In this document: positions 8,087 to 17,871 of the stretch, one piece after another | Layout of the letters: each line of letters starts with the position of its first letter | Numbering within the stretch: the stretch's first letter is position 1 | NCBI GenBank assembly: GCA_050944155.1 | Contig: JBMNQN010000001.1 | Span: 32,001-96,000, forward strand | Source: Candidatus Methanomethylophilaceae archaeon | Lineage (GTDB): Archaea; Thermoplasmatota; Thermoplasmata; Methanomassiliicoccales; Methanomethylophilaceae | DNA length: 64,000 bases | Reading direction: 5' to 3' | Made by a program: the position numbers and the translations under genes | Notes under the pieces: model-generated | What the model was told of the DNA's origin: nothing | The model's input: the letters and a program-made list of their open reading frames with translations, nothing else | The model's database searches: none

Positions 8087-9180
8087 GGCATCAGTCTGTC
8101 CACGAGTTCTATGAGGTCTACGATCTCGACGTTTCTGTCTCCTTTTCCGGCGCTGAGGTTGCTCACGCAGAAAGGACAGGTGGTGATTATCATATCGATG
8201 CCTTCCGCCTCGTCCAGACGGGTCGCGGATATTCCGAGGGATTCTTCGGGGAAGGCGCTTCTCACTCCGCCTCCGCCTCCGCAGCAGTGGCTCAGGCTGC
8301 GGTTATACTTCATCTCTCTGAAATCCAGGCCGGGGATTTTGGCTATGACCTGTCTGGGTTCTTCGTAAACTCCGCAGTGTCTTCCCAGGTGGCAGGGATC
8401 GTGATATGTGGCGGTGGCGTTCAGAGGTTTCAGATTAAGGTCCTGTTTCGCAAGGAATTCGGTTATGTGCAGAACTTCGAAAGGAACGTCCACGTACTTC
8501 GGATACTCGGTTTTGAACATCCTGTAGCACCCTGCGCAGGAGAGTACCAGGGTTTTGACTCCGAGTTTCTTTATGGCGTCTACGTTTTTACGGAACAGAG
8601 TTTCGGTATATTCGTTGTCGTATCCGACTCTCTGCATTACGGAACCGCAGCAGACTTCGTCGACAACCGTGAAATCGATGCCCAGTTTTTTGAGTACGGA
8701 CATGGTGGACTCGGAAGTCTTTTTGGAGCGGTATGTTGCCGTGCATCCGGCAAAGTATCCCACCTCCGCTTTGTGCCTTTTCACTCCGAGGGTTTCCTCA
8801 ACGCTTTTCTCTTCGCGGTACGGATTTCCGTATTTCACGATGCTGTCCGTCATGGCTTTGTGTTTGGGGAGCATGTGTCCGTTTTTCACCAGGTCGGCGC
8901 GGGCGGTTTCGACGATGTCCACCACATCCACTTTGGAAGGGCAGCGTCTTACGCAGTCGGCGCAGGTGGTGCATGTGTACATGTTTCTTATCACAGACTC
9001 GTCGGCGGGAAGGTCTCCGTTCACAAGTCCGTACGCCATGGTTACGCGTCCCCTCGAAGACGCCGTGTCCCAGCCTATTTCTTTGTACGACGGGCACACG
9101 CTTTTGCAGAATCCGCACATCGTGCAGACGTTCAGAGCTTTTCTTATTTTGTCGAGATTTTCGGTTTTTACGTCAGACAT
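8083..9180 (-). CDS. Fe-S oxidoreductase, HdrD/GlcF-like (two 4Fe-4S motifs, two CCG domains)
   Basis: CTMCGFCKSVCP, CTTCADCVRRCP, EVCCG, YHDPCHLGR, CCGGGGG, CPFC. Confidence 0.88.
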   Translation of the reverse strand: MSDVKTENLDKIRKALNVCTMCGFCKSVCPSYKEIGWDTASSRGRVTMAYGLVNGDLPADESVIRNMYTCTTCADCVRRCPSKVDVVDIVETARADLVKNGHMLPKHKAMTDSIVKYGNPYREEKSVEETLGVKRHKAEVGYFAGCTATYRSKKTSESTMSVLKKLGIDFTVVDEVCCGSVMQRVGYDNEYTETLFRKNVDAIKKLGVKTLVLSCAGCYRMFKTEYPKYVDVPFEVLHITEFLAKQDLNLKPLNATATYHDPCHLGRHCGVYEEPRQVIAKIPGLDFREMKYNRSLSHCCGGGGGVRSAFPEESLGISATRLDEAEGIDMIITTCPFCVSNLSAGKGDRNVEIVDLIELVDRLMP

Positions 9181-9183
9181 GTT

Positions 9184-10425
9184 TCACTCAACTCTGGGAA
9201 TGGTAACGCTTCCGTCCATCAGGACGATGAATTCCGCTTCGGGATTCTGCCTCAGCGCTTCGTCTACGGCATCCTGCACGGAAGGGAACGCTCTCATGTT
9301 TGCTTTGTTGATTAACTCCGGATCTAGATCCGTTACGGCCCAAATCTCGGCCCAGGTCATTATCTCGGCCATTTTGGCGGCTTTGTGATATCCGAGTTTA
9401 TACTCTTCGCTGAGATTTTTTAGAATCTGTTCCGGACCGTCGGGACAGGTGAGCTGGGTAAGGAATGTGGCGCTGCCGATACCCTCGCGGCATTTGGACA
9501 CCATAACGATTTTTCCGCCTTTTTTCAGAGCCCACTTGCCGTTGTCGAGAGCCTTCTGGGACTGATACAGATCCACGTCCATGGGGTACGGAGCGACGGA
9601 AATGACCACGTCCGCTTTGCGGGGAATGGCGACGGAGAACACCTCGTTGGCGTATTCGACGGCCTTTCCGAAGGCTTCGTTCAGACCTCCGCTTACGGCT
9701 TTGTAGATATTCTGGTGTCTGTCGAGGACCAGCTGTATGGAGAATATCTTCTTTCCTTTCACCGCTTCCAGGGCATCCATCATATCTTCGTGGACAGGGT
9801 TTCCTTCGAGTGCCAGAGACTGCGCTTCCATCTTCATGGCCATCTTGTGGTTGGTCTCTATCGTCTTGAAAGAGGCGACTCCCGGAAGGAAGGATTTGCG
9901 GCCTCCCGTGTATCCGGCGAAATAGTGGGGTTCCACGCTGGTGATTATTACCAGTCTGTCGGAATCGACGGCAATTTTGTTGACTTCCATGGGAGTACCG
10001 TTCTTGGACTTACCCAGGTTTACGCATTCCGATTCTTTTGCGTTGTGAACGATTATGCGGTCCTTGAGACTCTCGTAGTGTTTTCCGAATATGAAGTCGT
10101 ATTCCTCTTCGGTGGGAGCCCTGTGGTTTCCCGTCGCTATGAGATATCTGGCACTCCTCAGATCCATTCTCTTGGAGAGTGCGTCGAGAACCTTGGCGGT
10201 AGGCGTGGGACGGGTTCCGTCGTTGACGATGAAGACCACGTCTTTCCCGCCCTTCAGGAAATCGCTCAGGGATTCCGATCCGACGGGAGAGTCTATGGAC
10301 TCTCCGATGGTTTTGTCCACGGGTCCGCAGACGACGTCCTTCGGGTAGTACGCCCCTATGTAGTTCTTGTCAGGGATTTCGGCAGGCAGGGACCCATCCT
10401 TTCCGTACTTGATATCGATGTTCAT
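9184..10425 (-). CDS. larA: Nickel-pincer-dependent lactate racemase family protein
   Basis: VNDGTRPTP, IATGNHR, EPHYFAGYTGGRKSFLPG, DLYQSQKAL. Confidence 0.88.
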   Translation of the reverse strand: MNIDIKYGKDGSLPAEIPDKNYIGAYYPKDVVCGPVDKTIGESIDSPVGSESLSDFLKGGKDVVFIVNDGTRPTPTAKVLDALSKRMDLRSARYLIATGNHRAPTEEEYDFIFGKHYESLKDRIIVHNAKESECVNLGKSKNGTPMEVNKIAVDSDRLVIITSVEPHYFAGYTGGRKSFLPGVASFKTIETNHKMAMKMEAQSLALEGNPVHEDMMDALEAVKGKKIFSIQLVLDRHQNIYKAVSGGLNEAFGKAVEYANEVFSVAIPRKADVVISVAPYPMDVDLYQSQKALDNGKWALKKGGKIVMVSKCREGIGSATFLTQLTCPDGPEQILKNLSEEYKLGYHKAAKMAEIMTWAEIWAVTDLDPELINKANMRAFPSVQDAVDEALRQNPEAEFIVLMDGSVTIPRVE

Positions 10426-10511
10426 AACCGACGTCTTATCTCGGATATATTATTAAATTTTCGCGCCGTTTACAGAAAACAGCGAACGGCATAAACGGAG
10501 ATCGGAACTGA

Positions 10512-11450
10512 ATGGCATCATTCGGAGAAACGGGCGAAAGGGAAACCATACGTAACATCATGAAGATAATCAGGCCGTCCGGCAGAGACGGTCCGGGAGA
10601 CGATGCCGCCCTTGCGGACATAAGCGGCCGTCTTGCGATATCCACGGACGCTACCACGGTCGAGAGACACATGCCGGAGACGATGACTTTCGAACAGTTC
10701 GGGTGGTATTCGGCCGCGGTAAGTTTCAGCGATATATCCGCCATGGGCGCCAGGCCCAAAGGGATTCTTGCGTCTCTGATGTTTCCTCCTTCTCTCGGCG
10801 AAGAAAAAATTTACGATATCATGAGCGGTATCGACCAATGTGCCGAATTCTGCGGAACGGCCGTTATCGGCGGGGACACCAAAAACGGAAACGGAGCAAT
10901 CGTGACCACGGCCATCGGCGATACGGAAGACCGTAAGCCGATGATGCGCAGCGGAGCCAAACCCGGAGATCTGGTTGCGGTGACCGGACCTTTGGGGGCA
11001 CCGGCTGCCGGATGGCATTCCATAAAGAACGGATTCGGTCTGGAAGACGCGGAAGACGCTCTCATGGTACCGATTCCCAGATGGGAAGAGGGAATCGCCC
11101 TTTCGTCTTCCGGCGCGGTGACTTCCTGCATGGACCTTTCCGACGGACTTGCGGAAGCCGCATGGGGAATCTGTTCGGCAAGCCGTGTCGGCATGGAGGT
11201 GTGCCGCGAATTTCTGCCGGAAGGCCCGGGTGTTGACGATATACATTCGGAACTTATGGTTTCCAAGGACGAAATGATGCTTTACTGGGGCGGAGAGTAC
11301 GAACTGATGTTCACCTTCGGAAAGGACGAAGTGGAAAAACTGTACGAAGGCAAAGTTGATTTTTCGATTATAGGTACGGTCACCAACGGAAGGGAACCGA
11401 TAGTATTCGGCGAAGACGGAAGGGAGGTTATGAAACACGGCGTCTATTAA
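10512..11450 (+). CDS. thiL: Thiamine-monophosphate kinase
   Basis: GDDAA, SDISAMGARP, IGGDT, MDLSDGL, GGEYELMFT. Confidence 0.93.
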   Translation: MASFGETGERETIRNIMKIIRPSGRDGPGDDAALADISGRLAISTDATTVERHMPETMTFEQFGWYSAAVSFSDISAMGARPKGILASLMFPPSLGEEKIYDIMSGIDQCAEFCGTAVIGGDTKNGNGAIVTTAIGDTEDRKPMMRSGAKPGDLVAVTGPLGAPAAGWHSIKNGFGLEDAEDALMVPIPRWEEGIALSSSGAVTSCMDLSDGLAEAAWGICSASRVGMEVCREFLPEGPGVDDIHSELMVSKDEMMLYWGGEYELMFTFGKDEVEKLYEGKVDFSIIGTVTNGREPIVFGEDGREVMKHGVY

Positions 11451-11457
11451 TCCGAAA

Positions 11458-12450
11458 GTGGAAGCCGCGTATTACACGAGAGAAAACGGCGGCTACAGAT
11501 GCGGGCTGTGCCCCCACAGGTGCCTGATAAAGCCGGGCAGCTACGGAAGATGTTCTTCCAGATACGGCGAGGAAGATATGCTCACCGCCTACACGTACGG
11601 AAAGCTTTCCTCCATATGCGTCGACCCCATAGAGAAAAAGCCACTGTATCATTTCCATCCCGGCGAAAAGACGTTCTCCGTTGGAAGCGTGGGATGCAAC
11701 ATGTCCTGCCGCCACTGCCAGAATTATGCCATATCCCAGAACGCGACGGGCAAGAAGAGAACGACCTATGTCTCCCCCGAAAAACTGGTGTCCATGTGCA
11801 GGGGAGAGAAGCTGGACATACTCTCCTTCACGTACAACGAACCCACGATATGGTACGAGTACATAATGGACGTAATGGACCTGGACCCGGATTTGATATG
11901 CGTGCTGGTTACCAACGGACTGATCAGCCGGGAACCCCTTCTGAATCTCTGCAGGGTGACTTCGGCCATGAACATCGACGTGAAGGCTTTCACCGACGAA
12001 TTTTACATGAAAATCTGCGGTGCCCATCTCGACGACGTTCTGAATTCCGCGAAAACGGTATTCGATGAAAACGTGCACCTGGAACTTACGTATCTGATGA
12101 TTCCGGGACTGAACGACGGCATGGACGAAATAGGGAGGTTCGCATGCTGGGTAAGGGATACGCTGTCCCCGGACGTACCCATACATTTCACGAGATTCCA
12201 CCCCGACAACGAGATGAACGACGTAAACTGGACGTCTCCCGACTCTCTTCTGGCTGCCCGCCAGACCGCAATGTCCGAGGGAATGAATTACGTTTACACG
12301 GGAAACATTCTGGCCGAGGGCGCAAGCGACACGTACTGTCCCGAATGCGGAACGGACGTGATAAAACGTCTGGGGTACCTGATCGAAATCGAGGCCCTGG
12401 ACGGAAACAGGTGCGCGGGCTGCAGGCACGAGCTGAACATCATCAGATGA
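11458..12450 (+). CDS. AmmeMemoRadiSam-type radical SAM enzyme (PflA-like)
   Basis: CGLCPHRC, VDPIEKKPLYHF, GCNMSCRHCQN, FTYNEP, HFTRFHP, TYCPECG. Confidence 0.9.
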   Translation: MEAAYYTRENGGYRCGLCPHRCLIKPGSYGRCSSRYGEEDMLTAYTYGKLSSICVDPIEKKPLYHFHPGEKTFSVGSVGCNMSCRHCQNYAISQNATGKKRTTYVSPEKLVSMCRGEKLDILSFTYNEPTIWYEYIMDVMDLDPDLICVLVTNGLISREPLLNLCRVTSAMNIDVKAFTDEFYMKICGAHLDDVLNSAKTVFDENVHLELTYLMIPGLNDGMDEIGRFACWVRDTLSPDVPIHFTRFHPDNEMNDVNWTSPDSLLAARQTAMSEGMNYVYTGNILAEGASDTYCPECGTDVIKRLGYLIEIEALDGNRCAGCRHELNIIR

Positions 12451-13306
12451 GGAACAGGGGATTTCCGATAAGCGCAACGAAAACGGTTGCGGCGAGAATC
12501 GGAAGTATAAACGGAATCATCGGCGTAACCCAAATTTCCTTTTCTCCGTGTTCTCTCAGTCTGGCATATATTTCCTCCGTTTCTTCGGGAACCGGAATTT
12601 TCACCAGTTCTCCGTTTTCCACGTCGTGCATAGGCCAGACGTGCGATTTTTCGGCTTCGTCCAAATCCATGATATATCCGGAAAGTGCCAGTCTGTTCAT
12701 TTTCGTCTTTCCGGCGTTTCTGTACGCGAAATAAATCACCGCCGTGAGGGAGAACAGCAGCGCAAGGAAAAGGACGGCAAGGGAGAAAACGAAAATCACG
12801 GGAAGAGGCCCCCCGGGCACTTCAATCAGAGGCAGGCCGAAGAAAGAAGGGTACACAGGGAAAGCAATCGTAAGAGAAATCATGCATTTGGCATCGGCTC
12901 CGCCTCTAAGAAGTCCGAACACATACATCAGAAGATAGACCGCATAGAATATTCCGGCCATCAGTCCCGCAATGACCCAGCTGTCGGAAGAGGACGCAAC
13001 ATACGGAATCAGGAACGATAAGAAAACCGTTACGTAAATCAGGACGGAAACGTAAAGGGAACGGTCGGAATCCCACAGTATGTCGAAAAGAATCACTGCG
13101 AATCCCGCCGCGATGACGGCGTATTCCCATTTCATTCCGCGATCGAAACTCATTGCGAGCCATACGGCGATGCCGCATACGCCGATTGCAAGCCAATGCC
13201 AATCGTGCACTTCCCTGCGGCGGATATCGCTTACGGCCGCGGATGCGAGAACCGCAAAAACCGCGACACTGAGCGCGAAGGAAATCCACTCCGTCGGAAT
13301 CGGCAT
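12443..13306 (-). CDS. Prepilin/prearchaellin peptidase (A24, FlaK/PibD-like)
   Basis: Multiple TM helices, SDIRRREV and GGADAK aspartates, IWVTPMIPF C-terminus. Confidence 0.88.
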   Translation of the reverse strand: MPIPTEWISFALSVAVFAVLASAAVSDIRRREVHDWHWLAIGVCGIAVWLAMSFDRGMKWEYAVIAAGFAVILFDILWDSDRSLYVSVLIYVTVFLSFLIPYVASSSDSWVIAGLMAGIFYAVYLLMYVFGLLRGGADAKCMISLTIAFPVYPSFFGLPLIEVPGGPLPVIFVFSLAVLFLALLFSLTAVIYFAYRNAGKTKMNRLALSGYIMDLDEAEKSHVWPMHDVENGELVKIPVPEETEEIYARLREHGEKEIWVTPMIPFILPILAATVFVALIGNPLFLI

Positions 13307-13358
13307 AGCCCGGTAAAGGAGCGCAGATTATAATAATTGAGTAGCCTCTGGGGCTGTC

Positions 13359-14930
13359 GTGAAATTCAAACGGTTCCTCCTGGCAACGGTATTGCTTTCG
13401 GCACTGCTGCTTGCGTCCGTCCCGCTATCAGAAGATTCGTCCGCTACCGATGTAGGAGACGTCAGATACTACGCGTATTCCGGAGGAAAGGAAATTTCCG
13501 CGGGAGAAACCATAGAGATACTTTCCGGAAATTCCTCCACCCTGAGTTTCCATCTTTTCGTTCCGGACAGTGTCAGTCCCGGAACCAGACTGGTTTCCAT
13601 GTAGGTCATGTCCGCAGGGGATATGATTTCCTCTGTGGATCTTCCGGGAGAGGTTGCAATCAGCCCCGGAGGAGGCACATCCGTCGACGTTACGTTCCAT
13701 TCCGAAGCAATCGTGCACGGTGATACCGAAGCGGTCATCAGAATCTCGGTTTTGGACGTGAATACCGAGACCAGTACTTCCGGCGACGTGAATCTGAATT
13801 TCAGTATAATTTCCACGGTAGCCAGCGAAGACAGTTACAACAAAATTATCGGAATTTTCCCCAACAATCTCGAAGAACCGTTCAATCAGCCTGCCTACTC
13901 GGCGACGATAACCTTTGTGTTCTGGGTATTTTTCGGACTTCTTCTCGCTTACGTCATCATTCCCGCGGTTTTGTGGATTCCCTTTAAACACAACAAGAGC
14001 GTCCGCGGAGAGATAGTCGGAGGAATCAACAGAACCATAGTGCTGATTACCGCGGTGTTCGGAATAGCCCAGGCACTCAGGGTGTACGGTGCGCCCGACA
14101 GGACCATAGCGCTTTACGACAGCCTTTACGCAATCATAGTGGTCCTGATGGGCGCCGTTGTGGTATGGAGAATATATCTAGTAACGATTAACCACGTATT
14201 CCGCAAAATAGGCGATAACGTTTCGGTGGGCGGAGTGGACGAGACGCTCATACCCCTGTTCCGTATGATCGGTCAGATTGTCATAGGCACGGTTGCCGTC
14301 GCCGCAATCTTTTCCGCACTGGGAGCCAACCTGATAAGCATAATCGCCGGTGCGGGTATCGCGGGTCTGGCACTGTCTCTGGGAGCCCAGAGCATGCTGA
14401 ATCAGTTCTTCAGCGGACTTATGCTTCTCATATCGCGCCCCTTCGGAGAGGGGGACATAGTGAAAGTCGGAAGCGAGGCCTCCGTTCTTAAGGTCAACCG
14501 CGTCGGAATAATGAACACCAGATTCTATCACAACGACAACGAGATGATAATCACCATGCCCAACAACATGGTTACCTCGTCCGTGATATACAATTACACC
14601 AAGGAAAACAGATTCTGGCACATCTACGTGTATTTCGAAGTGGCCTACGGAAGCGACATGGACAAAGCCAAAAGCATAATGATGGACGTGGCCCTCGACA
14701 ACCCGAAGGTAATGAAGGACGGGTCTGTTCCCATGCCCGGTGTCAGGATGACTTCCCTCAAAGATTCGAGCGTAACTCTCAGACTTTCCGTTTACGTATA
14801 TGATTACAAAGACAGTTTCTCCGTGGACGGTCAGCTCAGGGAAAAAATCTATCAGGAGTTCAGGAAAAACGGAATAGAGATACCCCTCCCGCAACTGGAT
14901 GTCAACATGAAGGGCGAAAAGCAGTCCTGA
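13359..14930 (+). CDS. mscS: MscS mechanosensitive channel with an N-terminal exported domain; in-frame TAG at 13602-13604 (putative pyrrolysine)
   Basis: ORFs 13359-13604 and 13608-14930 share a frame and are joined by TAG GTC. The first part has a signal peptide. MscS core: GLALSLGAQ..NQFFSG..RPFGEGD..MPNN..VAYGSD..GIEIPLPQ. Confidence 0.8.
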
Positions 14931-14933
14931 TTA

Positions 14934-14962
14934 GGACTCCCGGAAAAATTTCCGGGAAGTCC
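14934..14962. terminator. Inverted repeat between convergent genes, possible bidirectional terminator
   Basis: GGACT-CCCGGAAA-AA-TTTCCGGG-A-AGTCC fills the gap between the mscS and idsA stops. Confidence 0.55.
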
Positions 14963-14964
14963 GT

Positions 14965-15948
14965 TCAGATTTCGCGGTTTATGGCGAAGCGGGCAAGCTC
15001 GATCATGAAATCCTTGTCCTCGCCGGGAGGCAGGAATTCAATCTTTCCGATTGCCTTTTCCACTTTCTCTTCGGCGAGTCTGAGACCGTATTCGATGCTT
15101 CCGGCCTTTTTCATGATTCCGAGAACTCTGGATATTTCCTCTTCGGAAGCGTCGGCCTTGCCGAGGATTTTCTTGAACTCTTCCAGTTCTTTCGGGTCTT
15201 TGATGTTTTTGACCGCATGGGTGACCATTACCGTGCATTTTCCTTTGCGTATGTCGTTTCCCACGGACTTTCCGGTTTTCGAAGAATCGCCCGCGATTCC
15301 GAGATAGTCGTCGTACATCTGGAATCCGAGACCCAAATCGATTGCGTACTCGTAAATGGCGTTCACGGTTTTTTCGTCGGCCCCTCCGATTATGGCTCCT
15401 CCGGCAGCGGCGGCGGCGAACAGAACCCCTGTCTTCAGTCTGATTGTTTCAGTATATACTTCTTCGGTGACGATGTTGCCTTCGTTGTTCACGTCCATCT
15501 GCTGGCCTCTCGCCAGGTCCCAGACGGCTTTGGTGACGTATTTCAGAACGTTCCTCATGGCCTCTGCCGGAATATCCAGTTCGGCAATGATCTGGAACGC
15601 TTTGGCGAAAAGCGCGTCTCCCGCAAGTACCGCGGTGGGCATTCCGTAGCCGACGTGTATGGTTTTCATTCCTCTGCGCATATCGTCCCCGTCCATGAGG
15701 TCGTCGTGGACCAGAGTGAAGTTGTGTATGTATTCCACCGCAACCGCAAGAGGCACGGCTTTGCTCTTGTCTCCTTTGACGGCACCGCAGCAGGCCAGGG
15801 CCATCGCGGGCCTCATTCTCTTTCCGCCCGCGTAAGGGTACTGTCTGGTAGCCTCGATCAGGTTGGCGGGTTCTTCGTCTTCTATGTACTTTTTAATCGG
15901 ACCGTCGAGTTCGGCCGAGGTTTTCGAAAGATATTCTTTGGCGTTCAT
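14965..15948 (-). CDS. idsA: Geranylgeranyl diphosphate synthase
   Basis: GGKRMRP, LVHDDLMDGDDMRRG, GQQMD, FQMYDDYL. Start ATG overlaps the fni stop. Confidence 0.93.
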   Translation of the reverse strand: MNAKEYLSKTSAELDGPIKKYIEDEEPANLIEATRQYPYAGGKRMRPAMALACCGAVKGDKSKAVPLAVAVEYIHNFTLVHDDLMDGDDMRRGMKTIHVGYGMPTAVLAGDALFAKAFQIIAELDIPAEAMRNVLKYVTKAVWDLARGQQMDVNNEGNIVTEEVYTETIRLKTGVLFAAAAAGGAIIGGADEKTVNAIYEYAIDLGLGFQMYDDYLGIAGDSSKTGKSVGNDIRKGKCTVMVTHAVKNIKDPKELEEFKKILGKADASEEEISRVLGIMKKAGSIEYGLRLAEEKVEKAIGKIEFLPPGEDKDFMIELARFAINREI

Positions 15949-17000
15949 TCTAGACTCTCCATCCATTGCCTGGTTTCGCCTAAAACGACGAACCTGGCTC
16001 TTGAAAGCTGTTTGATATCGGAAGACCCGGTAAGCAGCATGGCCGCTCTGAGTTCTTCTCTGATTACGGTAAGTTTTCTTTTCACGGCATCCGCCGATTC
16101 GGCGGCTTCCCTCAGGATTGCGTTGGCGACTCCGGCACACGAAGCGCCCATGGCTACGGAAGCGGCCACGTGCGTACCGTCGAGGATGCCCCCGGAAGCT
16201 ATCAGCGGAAGTCCGCATTTCGCCTCCGCAAGCGAAACCGGAGCGGGTATCCCCCAGTCGAAGAAAGTTTCGCCCATGTACGTGCGCACCTCGTCGTTTG
16301 CTTCGGCGGCCCTGTACATTTCGACTCCCGCGAAACTGGTTCCTCCCATGCCGGCTATGTCCATTCCTTTTATTCCGATTCCCTTCAGTCTCGCCGCAAC
16401 GTCGCGGGATATTCCCGCCCCCGTCTCTTTGACGATTATCGGAAATTCGGAAGCAAGTCCGCGTATCGCCGAGAGGCAGCCCTTCGCGTTGGTGTCTCCC
16501 TCGGGCTGTACCACTTCCTGAAGATAATTCAGGTGCACGGCGACCAGATCCGCGTCTATGAGATCGAACGCTTTTTTCACATCGTCACGGGAAAACGGGT
16601 CCTTTCCGTGCTGGGGAATCAGCTGCGGCGCGCCTATGTTTCCTATGACCAGCGGAACGTCGAATTCTTTGATGACGCTGTAGCTTTCCGGCTCCACTCC
16701 CCGGACTCCGGCCCTTTCGCTTCCGATTCCCATGCCTATTCCCAGTTCGGCGCAGGCTTCGGCGATGTTGGAGTTTATTTTCTTGGCTCCCGGAAACCCG
16801 CCGGTAATCGCGGTGACGATGAGAGGAAAACTAAGTTTTTTGCCGAACAGTTCGATACCGGTGTCTATTTCTTCCGCATCGATTTCCGGAAGGGCGTTGT
16901 GAATCAGTCTCACGTCGTCCCAGTAACAGTATCCCGGGGCGATTCTCTCTTCGAGGCTGATGTTAATGTGGTCTGCTTTTCTGTCTTTTATCAATTTCAT
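15945..17000 (-). CDS. fni: Type 2 isopentenyl-diphosphate isomerase
   Basis: [41 protein letters not shown]. Confidence 0.95.
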   Translation of the reverse strand: MKLIKDRKADHINISLEERIAPGYCYWDDVRLIHNALPEIDAEEIDTGIELFGKKLSFPLIVTAITGGFPGAKKINSNIAEACAELGIGMGIGSERAGVRGVEPESYSVIKEFDVPLVIGNIGAPQLIPQHGKDPFSRDDVKKAFDLIDADLVAVHLNYLQEVVQPEGDTNAKGCLSAIRGLASEFPIIVKETGAGISRDVAARLKGIGIKGMDIAGMGGTSFAGVEMYRAAEANDEVRTYMGETFFDWGIPAPVSLAEAKCGLPLIASGGILDGTHVAASVAMGASCAGVANAILREAAESADAVKRKLTVIREELRAAMLLTGSSDIKQLSRARFVVLGETRQWMESLE

Positions 17001-17776
17001 TGCAATCCGCCCTTTGCTATCGTACAGGTAACTTTTTCTCCGCGCAGAAGCGCACCCAGTCTCCCGTCCGCCGTACCGTTTACGAGAATGCATTCTCTCT
17101 CGTTTCTGCTCATGCGCAGCATGGTTTCCATCTTTTCGCGTACGCCGCCGGTAACATCGGCGACTCTGTCGCTGTAAGAAACGGAAGAGAACGTATCGAG
17201 TCCGACCGAAGCTATCAGTTTCGCGTCTTTGTTGATTTTGGGATCGTCGGTATAGAGTCCGTCGATGTCCGATACGAATATTATTTTTTTGACGTCGAAA
17301 AGATCGGCAAGTATCTCCATGAGCTGATCTCCGGAACATATGCCGAAACCTCTCCTCCTGTCGGTTACCACGTCTCCGAAGGTTACAGGCATGATACCCA
17401 GATTCCTGAGCCTTACAATCGCTTCGGTGTCACGGGCAATCAGTTTTCCGCCGTCCATGACGAAACAGGATCCCGGGGGAACCGAAACGGCGGGAATGCC
17501 CGCATCGATAAGCTGTTTGACGACCATCAGGCTGAGTTTCCTCACGTCGTACTGAACCTGGGACGCGGGAAGAATCTGGTCTTCCGAGCTGAAGCCGTTC
17601 TGGAGTCTGTATTTTTTTGCCAGAACATGCCCGAACGACCCGGCGCCGTGGACAATAAGTACGTCCTGCCCGGATTCCTTTATCTCTCTGCAGAGACGGG
17701 CCACTCGTTCTTCGTTGAACGTTCTGTACCGGGTTTTATCCGTAATGACGCTGCCACCCAGCTTGATTAGAATCAT
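16997..17776 (-). CDS. ipk: Isopentenyl phosphate kinase
   Basis: [29 protein letters not shown]; operon with fni and idsA. Confidence 0.92.
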   Translation of the reverse strand: MILIKLGGSVITDKTRYRTFNEERVARLCREIKESGQDVLIVHGAGSFGHVLAKKYRLQNGFSSEDQILPASQVQYDVRKLSLMVVKQLIDAGIPAVSVPPGSCFVMDGGKLIARDTEAIVRLRNLGIMPVTFGDVVTDRRRGFGICSGDQLMEILADLFDVKKIIFVSDIDGLYTDDPKINKDAKLIASVGLDTFSSVSYSDRVADVTGGVREKMETMLRMSRNERECILVNGTADGRLGALLRGEKVTCTIAKGGLQ

Positions 17777-17871
17777 TTCGTCCCCGTATCGTCTGGATAT
17801 TATAATTATTGTTTCCGTCTTTTCGAAAAATTGTTAAAAGTCTACATCATAGTGTCAGCGAGAGGGTTTTG

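Noticed and set aside
13602-13700. PYLIS-like hairpin after the amber codon
   Set aside because: I see no convincing stem, and such an element is not required for Pyl insertion.
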